64,000 nucleotides of DNA from Tubulanus polymorphus. Its lineage: Eukaryota; Animalia; Nemertea. Made by a program: the position numbers and the translations under genes. The stretch spans positions 26,222,345 through 26,286,344 of the forward strand of contig NC_134028.1 in NCBI RefSeq assembly GCF_964204645.1. The letters run 5' to 3'. Position 1 is the first letter of the stretch, and every line of letters starts with the position of its first letter. Positions 11,657 to 26,600 of the stretch are shown piece by piece. The notes under the pieces are model-generated. The model saw only the letters and a list, made by a program, of their open reading frames with translations. It was not told the DNA's origin and made no database searches.

Positions 11657-14600
11657 ATGGGCACGACAAAAGACGATACGGTCGTAGGATCGAACCCGGG
11701 ACTGCGTCTCGGAAGGAATATATTCGTATCGATTTTGTGTATCGTAGTATTAGTTACGACGGCGTGGGTTTTTTATTTGAACACCTATAAATTCCGACAG
11801 TTACACGATCGTCTCGAAACGTTAGAAAAACAATGTAACAACAAACATCAACAAACGCCGGATTTAAGCGTACATATCGAAAAATATTTAGAGAATAATA
11901 TCGATCGTCTTCTTGAGCAGGTAAGTTATGTATTAGAAAAAAATGAATATATCAATAGACTTTGACCATGTGCTCCTTCATTAAAAATGAAAATCGCTAT
12001 TATTTTGATGATTGGTGCTACGTTGTTAAACTCATGCATTTAAATATCGATTTGATATCCTTGCATATTAGTGGTTAATTCGTTTTATTAATTAGATTAG
12101 ATTAATGATTCTAAGGATTAATTGTGTGTGCTAAAATCTGTCACCAATGTCTTTTTTGAGTATTTGTAAAATCATAGTTTTTTAATGTGTTTAGATTTTG
12201 AATGGTGTAAGAATATTAGATTATTTTAGATGTAATTGATTGCCTATTCTATGATTTATGTTTCAGCATTTGAAAAAAGTTAAAACCTACAGAGCAAAGC
12301 GTTCTGTAGATAGTGGATGTACATGTCCCCCTGGTAAGTACGCATGCAATACAAAACCATATGAAGTTCACGAGTAGAAATGTATTTTGAATTGAAGGCA
12401 ATTGTTAAGTTATAGAGATGTACTTTTTAAGATTGCAATATTTTCTCCAAAAATTAAAGATATTCATTCGAAGAAAGTTATGGAAAATTCTTCCCCAATT
12501 TCAGAAGAATATTTATAACAAAGCTAAAATGATGAAGGTTATTTCTATCTGTATAATGCGGTATTGGGGAAGAATTTCTCTATACCAATCAGGGGGGAAC
12601 TCTTGAGTAGCATCTGTTAGGTGCATTATAACTATGTATCATCATGTGCTGCATGTCATGTATCTCTCTACAGAGAGATGGAGCATCTATTGTAAAATAA
12701 GCTAAACAAAGTTAATAATATGATATTGTGTTTAATCGATTTAAATCTGCGGGTTTTATGGTGTTTATAGTAGGATTTCTATAAGGTTTATTTACGAAAA
12801 GAAGCCTAAATGCATTGACTTGTGACAGATTATCACATAGTCTGGTGAACTTTAGTATTGTATTCCTATTGGGCGCGATTTTGGGTTATAAACATTCCAT
12901 CTTTTACAGGAAAATTCTGATTGAGTTGCTGATTTAGGCTTTGAAGATTAACCATAGTTAAAATGCTTTAACTTTTTTTATCCCTCTCCTCGACAGATTA
13001 TCCGAGTCTGGTGAGCTTTGTGTTTCTATTGGGCACAATTTTGGGTTGCAAACATTCCATCTTTTACATGAAAAAATGAACAAAATATTCTGATTAAGTT
13101 GCTTATTTAGGATTTACCGATCTAACCATTTTAAGCTTTAAATTTTTTGCCTCGCGGATGGATGGGGTTCGATTATCATAAAATCGTTCAGTAATTTTTG
13201 ATGGCTGGGATTTTCTGATGGTTGGTATTTTCTGATAACAGCTCACTGATTTCCACACTCACTCATTGACTCCCCCTCCATTTATCAGCCTCTGATAATA
13301 AACCTATACAGACTCTCTACGCTTTACTCTACAGCTGCTGCGCCGGGTATTAAAACATAGATCGCTTTTTTTCCAGTTCATGTAACTCCGCAGCGAAACC
13401 ACCTGAAATCTCCGCCTAAAGTTCTGCTTCATTGAAATCTGTCTTTTACCACACCACACTTCCCTTCAATAAAAACTACTGTTATCTACTGTGTGTATAC
13501 CACCGTCTACTGCAGGTTCTTCAAAATACTTTCACCGAAGAATGAGAAACATACACACCCTAAATTCTATCTATGCAGGGCGGATTCAAGATCCCTGCCT
13601 CCCCATTAGAGGTTGCCATTTTCTTTAAGACAGAGATTGTTTAAAAACCTGCAAATTTTATGCTAATCCTCTTGGAAATTTCATCTTTTCATAGATTGAT
13701 TTCTTCAAATATATCGAACACTGAGGGTGTGGCTCTTCTTAGGCCTTCACCATGGCTGCTTTATCAGAGAAATCCTGAAAATTCTAGAGCCCAGCTTTTC
13801 ACTTTTCCTAGATCCGTCCTTGCTATGAGGAATCTTTATTTCAAATGAGTATTCTAAATCCGGCTACAAAAAAGGGAAATTCAATTTGAAGGCTTAAATA
13901 CCCTACAAGAATTATTATTCTGGTGTAGCCATGGTTATAATCTATAAACTGGAGCGACCAGAAACTATCTCGTATCTACTGACAGAAAGACTATAAGAGA
14001 CCTTAAAAAATCTTAACTTCTTAAAAATCTGAGTTAATCTGTGTTTGTTTAGGTTTTCTCATTACATAAGTGTTAATACATATTAGTTTTTCTTCTTCGC
14101 TACTAGAAATGACTAGTTATATAATAGATAGCTAGTATTGTTTTTTTAGTTAGTCGGTGGTGTATATGTGGAACGTGGAGTGTACTCTGAAAACTATCGT
14201 CGATGTTTATCGAGATATGAATGAATACATTAAGTTGGAGAGGTGCCACGTCCCGCCTTAAAATTCAAGTGCTTTATTTTTCGTAAAGTCGTAAAGTCAA
14301 TATGAATAGAATCGACAATCCCGGGTTTTCAATCCCAGGTTAAAGACACCGACACTGTCACCTTTTAGATTATATATTCATGTTTTCTTTTATCTACGAC
14401 AACTTCGGAAGATTTTTTAATGCGATCAAAACGAATTTACTCGAAACGAAGGAAGGTTCTAGATCTAGAAACCTCTAGATCTCTCTAACTGTTGTATTCG
14501 AAGTTAATTCCATAGATTTCTGAGTTTGCTATGATTAGTTGATATGAGAATCAGGTGGAGAATATCTCTTCGGTTATTAACACCTCATTTATAAGACTGA

Positions 14601-17600
14601 AATGAATCAGACCTTTCCCCCTCTACTCTCTTCCCTTGCCCTCTCTCATATCCATCTTCTTTCCTTCACTCTCCCATCTTCTCAGATCTTCACCGATACC
14701 GTAATGTATCACTTTGTATTGTGCCATGGACTGGTATTTTATAATTTGAGCTGTCCAAATGATAAACTTATTAGCGTCATCAGAGGGGGTGGGGACAACC
14801 CCCTTTTAAAATCCAAGTTCTATATTTTTTTAGATCCGAATTGCATTTTTTTTTCATATTCCGGAAATTTCATTAATATTTTGCATTATTTAGTCCAGAA
14901 AAAGCTCCTCTTAATCTTCAGATTTCAGAAAGTAAAACTATTTAAGAACTTTCAAGCAATTTCATGGATTCAGAAATACTTGTTTGACTTCAGTGCTCGG
15001 CGGATACAGTGCAAAGTATTGCATAATAGTACCGCTTGTATCAAATCTGACCCCCTTTAAAAATTCCTTGTGACGACCCTGTAATTTGTCCTGAAACTAA
15101 GGAATTATTTCAATAAATCGATTTATTCTGTTAATTAATTGGTAGAAATTATAATTGTGGGTTTTATCTGCAGGATGAGCTGAATGAAAGAGTTAGATGA
15201 ATTTAGTTTATATCTCGCAGAGAGTTTCTGCTTACCGGTATCTGATGTATTCATTGCAAGTTGAAATCTTGACATTTAAACAGTTTTATGGTGAACTATA
15301 TAGAAACCTTTCCTGTGTATAATGAATTCTCAATTAATAAACCCGCTATAGGTCAAATCGTAATTGTTTCAATTCAATTTTGTTCAGAGATGTGTTATAT
15401 CTGAATGAGTGCTATATCTTACTACATTTAGCTATTCTATAAGAAAATGTTGTAAAACGATATAGTGGATTCTAGGTCAGGTCTGTAGCATGGCAGGTTT
15501 GGGGGTTTGAACAAATTAGTTTTGCTCATTTTTAATTCAAAAAAATATTTAAAAACTATTACATCATGGTACATTAACTATGTTCATTTACTTAAACCTT
15601 CTTTGTCAGGCGCATTGGAAGCAATTGCTGATTTCCGACAGGTTCTAATATTGCTGCGGCGAATTGACTTCACACTTGTCAAAAACATAGAAATGAAAAA
15701 AATGTCATCCAGTAAATTATTGCTGTGGCTTTCATCTCTGCAATTGCTACAGTTGTAACACCTCTGGTTGCATCATTAGAAATCGCTCAGAGGCTATATC
15801 TGAGCATCCAACGTTATAAGGCTTTTCTTGGGGAGGGCTACAGAACCCACTTCACGTATAAATAAAGTTTAAAACGACCCCACCCACATATTCAGCATGT
15901 TATGGGCCTGTTATGAGTTATACTTCATGGACCATTTATTCCTGTTCCACATGTCTTGAATCATTAAGTCTGTAGATTCTGCTAATAGTTTATTATCATA
16001 TGAAGTAACTTATGCTGTAATTTTAACTCTGGGTGTTTTCAGGCTGAAATTGCTAATTAAGTATTTCTTGTAGGTGTAATGATTATTAGGTGAACTGTAT
16101 AAACAGTCTGCCAGGGTGATTATGATGTAAGAATGTAAACATGAATAGAGTCATTCTATAAGCTTCATTAGTCCCGGTCCGATCCAGAAGCCTGGAGTTC
16201 TTACCATTTCCTAGAATGAATGAACCGCAGTTCGCTGATCTGATTTGATTTTATGCTTCACTTCCATCTCTAGTTCAACTTATGTTTAGGCGAAACTATT
16301 TCGGTAGTTTTGTTTGGCTTGACTTCAAAAGCATAAGCCAGTTCCCTACGGCTGAGTACTAACAACCCCTGCAGAGCCAGATCTGGTATAACACTGACCT
16401 ACCCAACCCTGTTACCAGCATGTTTCACCCAAAATGAGAACGTATTGTAACAACAAATTGGGAGGTGTGGACCCCCTCAATCATTTCTGTAGTTGTAATT
16501 CGATAACACATGATATTTGTGCTGGAAATATTTGAGGAGAATTGTTTTGTTGCGGTTGAAATATTTTTCACAGGAACGAATAGAAAACCTGTATCATTCC
16601 AACACAACCGACCTCATAAACAGTTTACGCGTAGATGATACCGCGGCTGAACGTATTTCTTAGATTTCTCCAAGTTACCTGAGACAAAAAACCATTTCCT
16701 TGTGTATCTCTCAGTTTATTTATTGCCAACAGCTTCTTCTTATATCGAATGACGGATTTAAACCATCGTCAATGATCCCCCCAGGAATCTGTTTCAAACT
16801 GTCTTTCTTAGATATTGTGTTTATTGTCACTAATAAAACTAATGAAAGCAGCTATTACACGGGCATGTTTTGGGCCGAGCCAACCATTCACATTAGTGCC
16901 AACAGGCTCGTCCATCAGACGAGGTCCAAATTATTCCATTTGCTTGCAACATCATCCAGCATCTTAGTAATGAGTTAATGATTTACGCATGAATTTACTT
17001 AGACACGGAACTATGAAAGTAGACCCTGTGTTTGTATGTTCAATGTATTTGAAGTAATTTAACTGAAATAAATACTGATATAAAATGATTTACTGGCTAC
17101 ATATCGTATAGGTACCAATAGGTTAAAAGCGGTGCTGTTTTGATCAAAGCTCTTTATCTCACCACCCTCTCTCTCTCTCTCTCTCTGTGCGTCTCATAAA
17201 TTTCAACAACTCTCTCTCATTATTTGCTCGGGTAAACACTAATTTAATATGATACACGTTGAACAACCAGAAACAACTGATACAATCAAAGCGTTGAAAA
17301 TATCAAAGTAGAAAATAAGCCTTGAAAAGAGATTGCATCGCGTTGCATATTGAATGAAAGCCTGGTGCAAACTTGATGATTTTTATTTGCAAATGGTAAC
17401 AAAATTGAAGCGAATTTTTTACTTTCAGCGAAAATGACAACAAATCGTTGATTAGTGACTGGATTTACAACTGCCGTACTGGGCACTTTTTCCTGCAAAA
17501 ACGGCACCGAAAACAAATCCTCTGTCTATTCTCAATTTCACATAACATTAGATTTTGGGTACAGGTTAATAATATATTCTAATTGAAGCCAATGTGGCAG

Positions 17601-20600
17601 ACAAGAAGCCATTGTGGCAGAGATGATGGTGGCAGATATTTCGTCTGGTTGCTAGGGTTAGAAGAAATATTTTTCTGTCCTCCCCTGGAAAAGTGCCTGT
17701 TAAAAATCCTTCCTCTAAGTAATTTAGAAAAGGCCTCTTGATCCACTAATGTAGCGTAGATCGTTGATTCTTTAGATGCAAGGATTCGATGATAATAAAT
17801 TTCGTTTAGAAGAAGATTTAACGTTGTCGGTTTAATTCAGGGTATGAATATTTTCAAAAGAATTTCAAATAGACGAAAATAAGACGAAAAACTGTCGTCT
17901 ACATAGAAAATACAATAGAATTCAATTGACTTCAATTAGGTCAACAATATTAATGTGAAACGCATTATAAACTGTATCAAGTGACATTTTATACAAGAGT
18001 TTATTGCTGCATGTGTACAGGACTGACAGGTCCTTGACAAAAAAAAATAAATATTGTATAGACTTTTTAATGTTAAGCTTTATCAAAGCTCTCTTGAGTT
18101 GTTTGTTTTGGGGAGGCACCAAACGGATGGACCTGGAATATATTTCTTAAAATTGTACTTAAGTTTTTTTTGGGAAAAAATATCGATTATCGTTTTAAAT
18201 TTCTACAATATATTTTCTCCTGGAAAATATATTGCAAGTTACTCTAATTCATCGTGATTACAACCCGTGCCTGCTCTAACCCGTGCCTGCTCCAACCCGT
18301 GCCTGCTCCAACCCGGGCGTGCTCCAACCCGGGCATGCTCCAACCCGTGCCTACTCCAACCTGTGCCTGCTCCAAACAGTGCCTGCTCCAACCCGTGCCT
18401 GCTCCAACCCGGGCCTGCTCCAACGCGGGCCTGCTCCAACCCGTGCCTGCTCCAACCCGTGCCTGCTCAAACTGCCGTGGAATTCAGGCTCCTTGCGGAG
18501 AATTTATTGGTCTATTGTATCTAACCAGGATTCATATCATTTGTGTCGCAAGTCATGATTTTCATGGCCGTTTTCAGTCGTGTTCTATTATCAGCTTTTC
18601 TGATATTTTTGAAATTTCATTCAGTTTTGTTCAATCTTCTTTTATTTGCTGTTGTCTTTCATTTAAACAATACTCGTTAACCAGATAGAAGTGAAACAAT
18701 ACTCGTTAACCAGATAGACGTGAAACAATACTCGTTAACCAGATAGACGTGAAACAATACTCGTTAACCAGATAGACGTGAAGAATAGTGGAATGTAGAC
18801 AATTTAACAATCTGAGAACTGAAGCCTCGGTATCAGTAGGAGGCAGCATAACTCATCACACCTGTGACCGATTATTGTTAGAACCCCTCCCTCTCCCTCA
18901 CCTCCTCTCACCCATACCCCGTCGGGTCAGTTCACTGATACCAGTGAACATTCATCCTCTGTTATTTTATGTATTTCAACTAATAATTGACTCATTCACA
19001 ATCGCAGGATCCGCTGGATCCCAATCAGCTGATGATACGTTTCACAATAAAACACGTCTATTTTCAATGTTTCTCATTTTCCAGATGTGAAATAAATCAC
19101 GTAGATTATGTATCTTTATTCTCGAGATTTTATTGTGTGTGAAATAAACATACGGATATATAAATGATAACCCACACAAGATGAACTGATTATCTTCGCT
19201 ATATGATGATAAGAGTATGTTGATACACAGTGGCTAGTAGTAGATGATCTCAAAAGACCAGATGATATTTTTTGCTGCCTACACGTGCTCTCTCTCTCCT
19301 CTCTCCTCTCTCTCTCTTTCTCTCATCCGTAAAAAATCTGTTGATAATCAATTGCACATGTCACCGTTTGAACTGGGGGTTTGTCAATCCAGTCTTACCT
19401 ATGTTTTTTGTACTTTGGATACTTCTCATTTCCCTAGCCTTCATTCTGTATTTGACATTGAAAATTTATCATTTTTGTAATTTGCTGTTCAAGACTCGAT
19501 ATATTCCAAGTATCTTCTTAGAATACGAATGATTATTTCAATGATGAATCCAGTTTATAAACTAGGAGACAATGGAATTTATTAAATTAAACATCTTCTT
19601 ATCTGTGAACTGCTAAAATCGAGGCCTGCTATTCAACTGGGATATTTTTTTTAAAATATATTTGTGACCATATACTTGAGTCATGACTATCGCTCACAAA
19701 TTTCCAGTACAAAAAAATCCTATTTCGTAAAAAAAAAAAATTTTTTCCCTTGAAAATCTGAAGAAACCGACCTGCTTTCAACAGAATAACTTTGAGTATA
19801 CTGATGGTGTATTGTAGGAGGTCAGATAGTGCTGCAAGCGACTTTTAAACTGAAAAATGTTGCCCATTTGTTATTTATGTTCTGATAGGCGCCAATTAGT
19901 TTCTAGTTTTATAATTACTAAACAAGAATCGAAGGCAAGTTGTACATACAGTGAACATATACAACATCTACGTACATCTCCTCGTCAGTGGTTTATAATA
20001 CTCTGAAATACTCTCTCCCCTCTCTCCCCCTCTCTCCCCCTCTCTCCCCCTCTCTATATACCTGTATATATTGTGTGATGTATCTGTGCTGAGTTGCTGC
20101 TGTTATTTCACCTTCGCGCAGTCAGTTACTGGCAGAAGATTTTATATCGGAAGATTTTAGATTAATCTGACGTACCCAGGGTTTTCACTAGGATTTTTTA
20201 AAGAATTGATACAAGCGGTACTATATGCCATACTATGCGCCGAGCGCCGAAGTCAAACGAGCATTTTCGAATCCTTGAAATTGCTTGAATGTTCTTAAAT
20301 CGTCTTAATTTTTTAAATTCGAAGCTTGAGAGGGGAGAAATTTCCGGAAAATGGAAAAACAAAAATTAAGAAATTCGAAACTTGAATTTTAAAGAGGGGG
20401 TCGTTTAAATTCGAAGACCGATGATATTCTACGCGAGGATGCTAGATGACATTGCATATGGGTATATGAATTATAATGCTGACTGGTGGCCATCTTTGTT
20501 TTTAAAAATGAGCATTTTGTTGTATAACTGAAGGTATTTCATAGAGCCATGATTTCTTATTTATGAATTAGTTTTTGGGGTATAACTGATAACACTGCAA

Positions 20601-23600
20601 AGCAATATTCAGCAACCTTTTTCTAAAGTAATTGAACCTAAAAGAATATTTCAAAAATTCTAACGGCCCGTAGTTTAAGAACATGCATTACTGGGAATGG
20701 TTGCAGCTAGGTACCCCTACCTTCATGCTGTTCGTCTATTCTTTTGTTAGGGAGAGATTTACTCATGAAAGAGTATAAATGATTTACGCCTCAATGTTTG
20801 ACTACAGTTGATCACATAGTGAACTATGTATTACAAGATGTTTCACTTTTCTCTTCCCTCTTTTACTCCCCATCTGTAGTAACCCATAGTTTCGGCTATA
20901 TTTACTTCTCTTTATCTTTACTCATAGAGGAAATGTCTGCATTTCTCGCTACATTCATAGCATTACGAACTATCTCTCGCCGTTAACTGACTGTGCATCT
21001 TGTGACATAAGAAACAAAACTGTTTGATACAAAGCGAGTTGTTTACTGTAAGAATTCAGCAAACAACTGTTCACACAAATATCTATCCAACAGAAAAATT
21101 CAATTACGAATTTAAGGATATTCAATAACAATGATGGTGAGAACGAACGCTCTTTTTGACGTTGGTTTGATTTTGCAATATAAACACCTGCTACAGTAAA
21201 CGTCACCTTACTCGTACGTGGCTAAAATCCACACTGTCGTGTACACTATACGACCCACACTAACCCGAACTCCCTTAAAAAATTCCTCACGTCACCTTTG
21301 AATGATCGATCGATTTTCTTTTTTGTTTTTCAGGTGACCCGGGCCCACCAGGTCTTCCTGGACCTGAGGGTAAAAAGGGCAAAAAGGGGGAGGCTGGTAG
21401 AATGGTAAGCGGAAAGAATATATGTTTTTCCTCCAATTCTTCTTAAATGCAGTTTGATTTGTGAAATAATATTGTCGTAACCTGCAGTTTTTATCTGTTG
21501 TAAACGGTGAAAATGATGTTCAAGTGAAAGTTGTATAAATTGAAAAGTGAAATGTACAAAGACCTCCCTTGTCATTGAGTGAAAACTCAGAATATAAATC
21601 TAAACAACTGCTATTGTTTTATTGCTAAAGATGTGTGGAAGTATTCCACCAGAAATGTAAGGAAAAGAAACAATAGCAGTTGTGTTAGATTTATATTGTG
21701 GGTTTTTTGCTCAATGATATTCAAGGTTGGAAGTGGCCTCAACCATTTACAACCAAAGATCGACCTCTTCGAGTGTAAAATAATGTAACTGTCTATCTGT
21801 TTGAATATTGATAGGGCATGAATGGACCACCAGGGTTAACTGGTTATCCGGTATTTTCAAATTACTCACGTATTCATATATATATATATTCCTTATAATA
21901 TATGCACACTAAGTATATTAGAGAATATGGTAGCGGGATAAATAGCTTTATAATCATCTAAAATCTTTGAAATTCTGATATCGCTGCAGATTTGGTCAAT
22001 TTTGTTATCATATCTCGTAAACAACAGGTCAGTTTCCCGTTCATGGCTTAAACCTAACGCACATGCCGATTGAAAGATGTTTCTGAGCGTTGTTTCCCTG
22101 TGCATTTTAACAAGAAACATGGTTTTGAGAAACATCGTTTCCGAAATCAAACATGTTTCATTCCGTGTTTCATCATCTGCATTAGGCCTTAGATTTAAGA
22201 CCAGTCTATAAGTCTGAAATTAAGTCTCCACCGTGCAACTGACAATGCACCTGCAACCGTTCAACTTTGTTTTATTCTTACTGTTGAAATGATACTTTGA
22301 AAAATCGAAGGGAACAGTTGTTCAAAAGTTGTTAACAGTTAACAAACAGATAACTACTGTATGGTACCAGTTTTGATTGTTCAGTTATCCCTTGGAGTAA
22401 TCACCTTTTGCTATACTGGAGTCTCTGATATAGGATGAATGTCTATATTCGCCTTTACTGATAACTGAAATTGACCAAATGAATCTAACACTTGTAACGA
22501 GGTTCTTAATAAAAACACTGAACCAGTGATATATGTGATGTGAATCATCTTTTTAGGGTGCCATTGGACTTCCTGGCTGGCCCGGGCCAAAGGTAAATAT
22601 AACGGATATAAAGATAATTCATTCATTAATCGAGAATTACAACAAAGTTGAGAACTATTTGGGATACATTTTCTATATCAAAGAGGGATTGAGGTTGCGA
22701 ACACCCCTCCATTTTGGAATAATGAATAATGTTTTTTTATCTGATAAATTACGCAGTCATTTTCTTTAATTTTAAAAAGCCCTAACAGCAGGCAGTGTGT
22801 GTAATGTGTATACTGTATATTTCTACTTGCAGGGTACGTCTGGTCCTAAAGGTGATAAGGTAAGAAGAGTATATCGAATATTGCAATGGATTTACGTTCA
22901 ACATATTACTATAATGTTGTGTATTTGTTTATTTTCCATAGGGTGATTCCGGTGATTCCGCTAATTTTATATCAGATTTAAAAGGACCACCCGGTCCGCC
23001 GGTAAGACTATCTCCCCCACCCCCTCCCCGAAATAGGCTATCTAACTGTGAATAAACCATGAATATGCAAACCATTAAATCAATGAGATAAAAATTCTTG
23101 CATAAGAAATATTTGTAGTTCGAGTTTTTCTTGCTTACAATTCAAAGTTATATCTCAAACTCTTTGAATTTGCTTATCATTGTAGGCTATTTAAAAAAAG
23201 ATCCCTCTGTAGCCATGATCACATGACCATTTTTGGCCCAGAACAACTGTTCACACGGGTGCCAAATGTAGCCCGACCAAAAATGCTGGACCAGGCCCCT
23301 TTCTAGCACAGGCCAAATTTGACTCTGGCCTGATCTGTGCCAATTTGGTCCCAACCAAATTGTCTCCCTGCGATCGCAGCTAATATTCCCTTCACAGAAA
23401 TATTCATGTTCTCATTGTATTGAGATATCATATTGATAACATTGCTTTCTTTTGTTGTGATTTCAGGGACCGAAGGGTAGTCGTGGTTATCCTGGTTTTC
23501 CGGTTCGTAGCTCTCTCGTTCGTTGCATGCTGCCGCTGTGTTGAAATTGGAATGCTCCACGACGAGGAGAGAGAATGACTGTGATCTCCGATAGTATGAT

Positions 23601-26600
23601 ACTAACCATTAATACATAAAATCCTATTTTTCATTATTTATTAGGGAAAAAATCAGGAAGATTAGATTTTTTTTCTGAGGTTGCTGGGGTCAGGTACCCT
23701 GGATCGATCACGTTACCTTCGTTCTTCATGTCGATAGATTCGACTGTGTTTCACGGCCTATAATCTCGATAACGAGTATAGTTTTTATCGGAACCTGTTG
23801 CGATCTCACGCAAACTCTGTAGAATATAAATCTAAAAGTTTGCGATACCGGGTTTCGGAATTGTTTCGCGGACCTGTGAAATTGTGATTAGTTTATAGCG
23901 TTTTATCTATGCGTGTAGTTTCTCTGACTAATGTTTTTCTTGCACCGGAACAGACTAAACACTAAAACAATTGAAATTCCATTCCTCGCGCACAGCATCG
24001 GTGTCAGTCATTTACAAATATCTGTCCCAGCATCGCGGCATAGTTAACACCTACGATGTGGTTCTTGAGAAAGAACTGAAAGATTTATGATAATTTGAGG
24101 GATTTTTCAATGTCAGTAAATTGTCCGTGTTGAAATACTGCTTGATCTATATGTAACTATAACGCAATAAGGCCAGCGTAGAATAGACCAGGAGCCTAGG
24201 GCTAGGTTAGTTTTCTGTAGGGAGAGGGTAAGGTAAGTGACTTATATTCATGATCGCAATGATGACACTTATTGAATATTTTGGAAGTTATATTTTTTTC
24301 TGCACTGGTATCAGAAATATAAATTTGCTAACACATAATTTATACATTCATCCATATCTAACTAGCTTATATCAATTGTATATTTATGAGCTAATATTTT
24401 CTGGGAGCATGAGTTCTAACAATGACTAATGAATATATCTAAAATGATTGGGCAATTTAATTTGATTTGAATTAAAATATAAATTGATCAAATATTGCAT
24501 GGTCCTCAAAATACACAATACCTTTGATTTATGATACATGTTTGATTAATGATTGTTTGAGTTTCTCGATTTCAAAGTTTCTGAAGTCATTAATTTTTTG
24601 AGAACAATTAGATATTGTATTATATTATCTGTAATTCACAGGGTCCTATCGGAGTACAAGGACAACCAGGCGATTCGGTAAGTTTTTAAAAACCTTTCTC
24701 AAAGTGAAGTTATGAAAATGTTCTCGATTAGAAAAAGCCAATTCAACTTCAGAACCGCGATCCAGGATTCACAAGTTTGAGAGTTTGGAATTGACTTTAG
24801 AATTGCAATATTGAAAATGAATAGATAAAACTCATAATTGAATTCAATCAATGATAATTATGGAACTGGAACCTGAAAAAACTCACGCGATTTCAAAATT
24901 ATATCTTATTTCTGTAGGGAATTATGGGACCAAAAGGAGATGGTGGTACTAAGGTAAGCAACCTATATACCTTTAAATCTTTTTACTTTGTCAAAATTTG
25001 CAAAATTTCTACAATCCTTAGTTAGATTTGACTATATTTTAGTGCATTCATATCAAGAACTGTAGAACTGTGTCTTTTTGTCAATTTCTATATTTTGTAA
25101 AACTGTTCTTGTTGTTTCTAGGGTCAAAAAGGCGATCAAGGAATAAGAGGTAAAGCTGGACTGCCTGGATTCGATGGAATTCCTGGACCAAAGGTTCGTA
25201 TATATCATTATTTGTTGGTGATATTGTTATTTACTTTTTTTAAACATTTTCACTATAATTGTATGGATGAAATTCATGCTCTTGAGACCTCAAGATTCAG
25301 TAATTCAGTTTTAGAATATGGCCGTGATCACGTTTTGGACTCGCGCTTAATTTGGCCCGGGCCAACCAGTGCCAGATGGGTGCGTGCCAAATTGTGCGTG
25401 ACCAAAAAATTCGAATCCAGGCTAAATCATCTCTGCAGTTCCTATATGGGTTGAATCTGAGATGGTAATTTGAGATTATTTTCCTATCACTGTGCTGTAG
25501 TATATAAAATGATGATGTATAATCACAGTTTGTTACGGTATATAAACTGTGAAGTGAGCTATGTTTATAATTGTGTAATATATCAGTGTTTTTTGTAAAT
25601 ATTTATTTGAATCGTTCTCTCAACAATCACCGTATGCCGAGGTGCGTCTTGTACACACGCGTGCACACACACACTCATGGCTTTAGTTGTTATTTCATCA
25701 CTCCTTGATTCACCAGAGGTATTCAAAATTATTTTCCAGTGACCTCTTCCTGCCATTGGCAGTTTCAGATGAATGATCAACCACTAAAAAGTATCTAATG
25801 CAAAAGTTTCATTCCCCAAGGGCTTACCAAGCAGACAGTTACCTGTTAGGAGTACAAGTAATACTAGGGGCAGATCCAAAAGAAAAGAAATTTTCAAAAA
25901 GGAGAAAAAATAAATCAGATGGGTCATGATGAGGGCCAAAAAGGCCTCTTGTTGTCCTAGATTTTCTGTGTGAGGGCCACCAGAAGCCGATTTTCTTGCG
26001 TGCAGCCCTCACTGCCAAATCTGCCATTTACGAATTGAGTACCTATTCCAATTTTCAGGTTCACCCGCTTCAAACAGTCCTAGATCGGCCCTCGTTATCA
26101 CTGAATTCACTTATGTCACCGTTTTTGTAATGTTATTTATAGGGTGTAAAGCGATCTATACAGTTACAAGATGGAACGACTTTACAAAGTGTTGACGTAA
26201 TATCACTAAAGGTTTGTTTCACCACCACCAGCAGCATGATACCGCCACTACCGGCATGATCCCACAATTCTTTCACGTCCATATTCTCATTTTCAGTTAT
26301 TTTTATGATAGAAAATATTTGTTGTAATTTTGCAGGGATTTCCGTATGAAGTTTTACGAATAAAGGTGAAAAGCATTGATGGCACGTTTTCAGCATGTAG
26401 CAGTATTTCATTTTCAGACTTGCTTTCTTCTTTTTTAGACTAACTTTGCATGATTTGCACAGTTTTAAACTAACCTTTGAAGTTATTACTTTACATTTCA
26501 GTTAAAAATAGGACAAGCATGTAAATGAATACCGTATTCTCTAGAATGTTGAAACTTTTCATCTAAAAGATATTTCTCACATTGTACCAATCTGAAATTG

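Noticed and set aside
18239-18688. Overlapping repetitive ORFs (PAPTRACSN)
   Set aside because: Artefact of the 17-bp minisatellite being open in several frames.
18665-18780. CRISPR-like 29-bp repeats
   Set aside because: No spacers, eukaryotic intron, no cas genes.
26336-26343. Microexon tgcag|GGATTTCC|gtatga
   Set aside because: 8 nt would frameshift the collagen.
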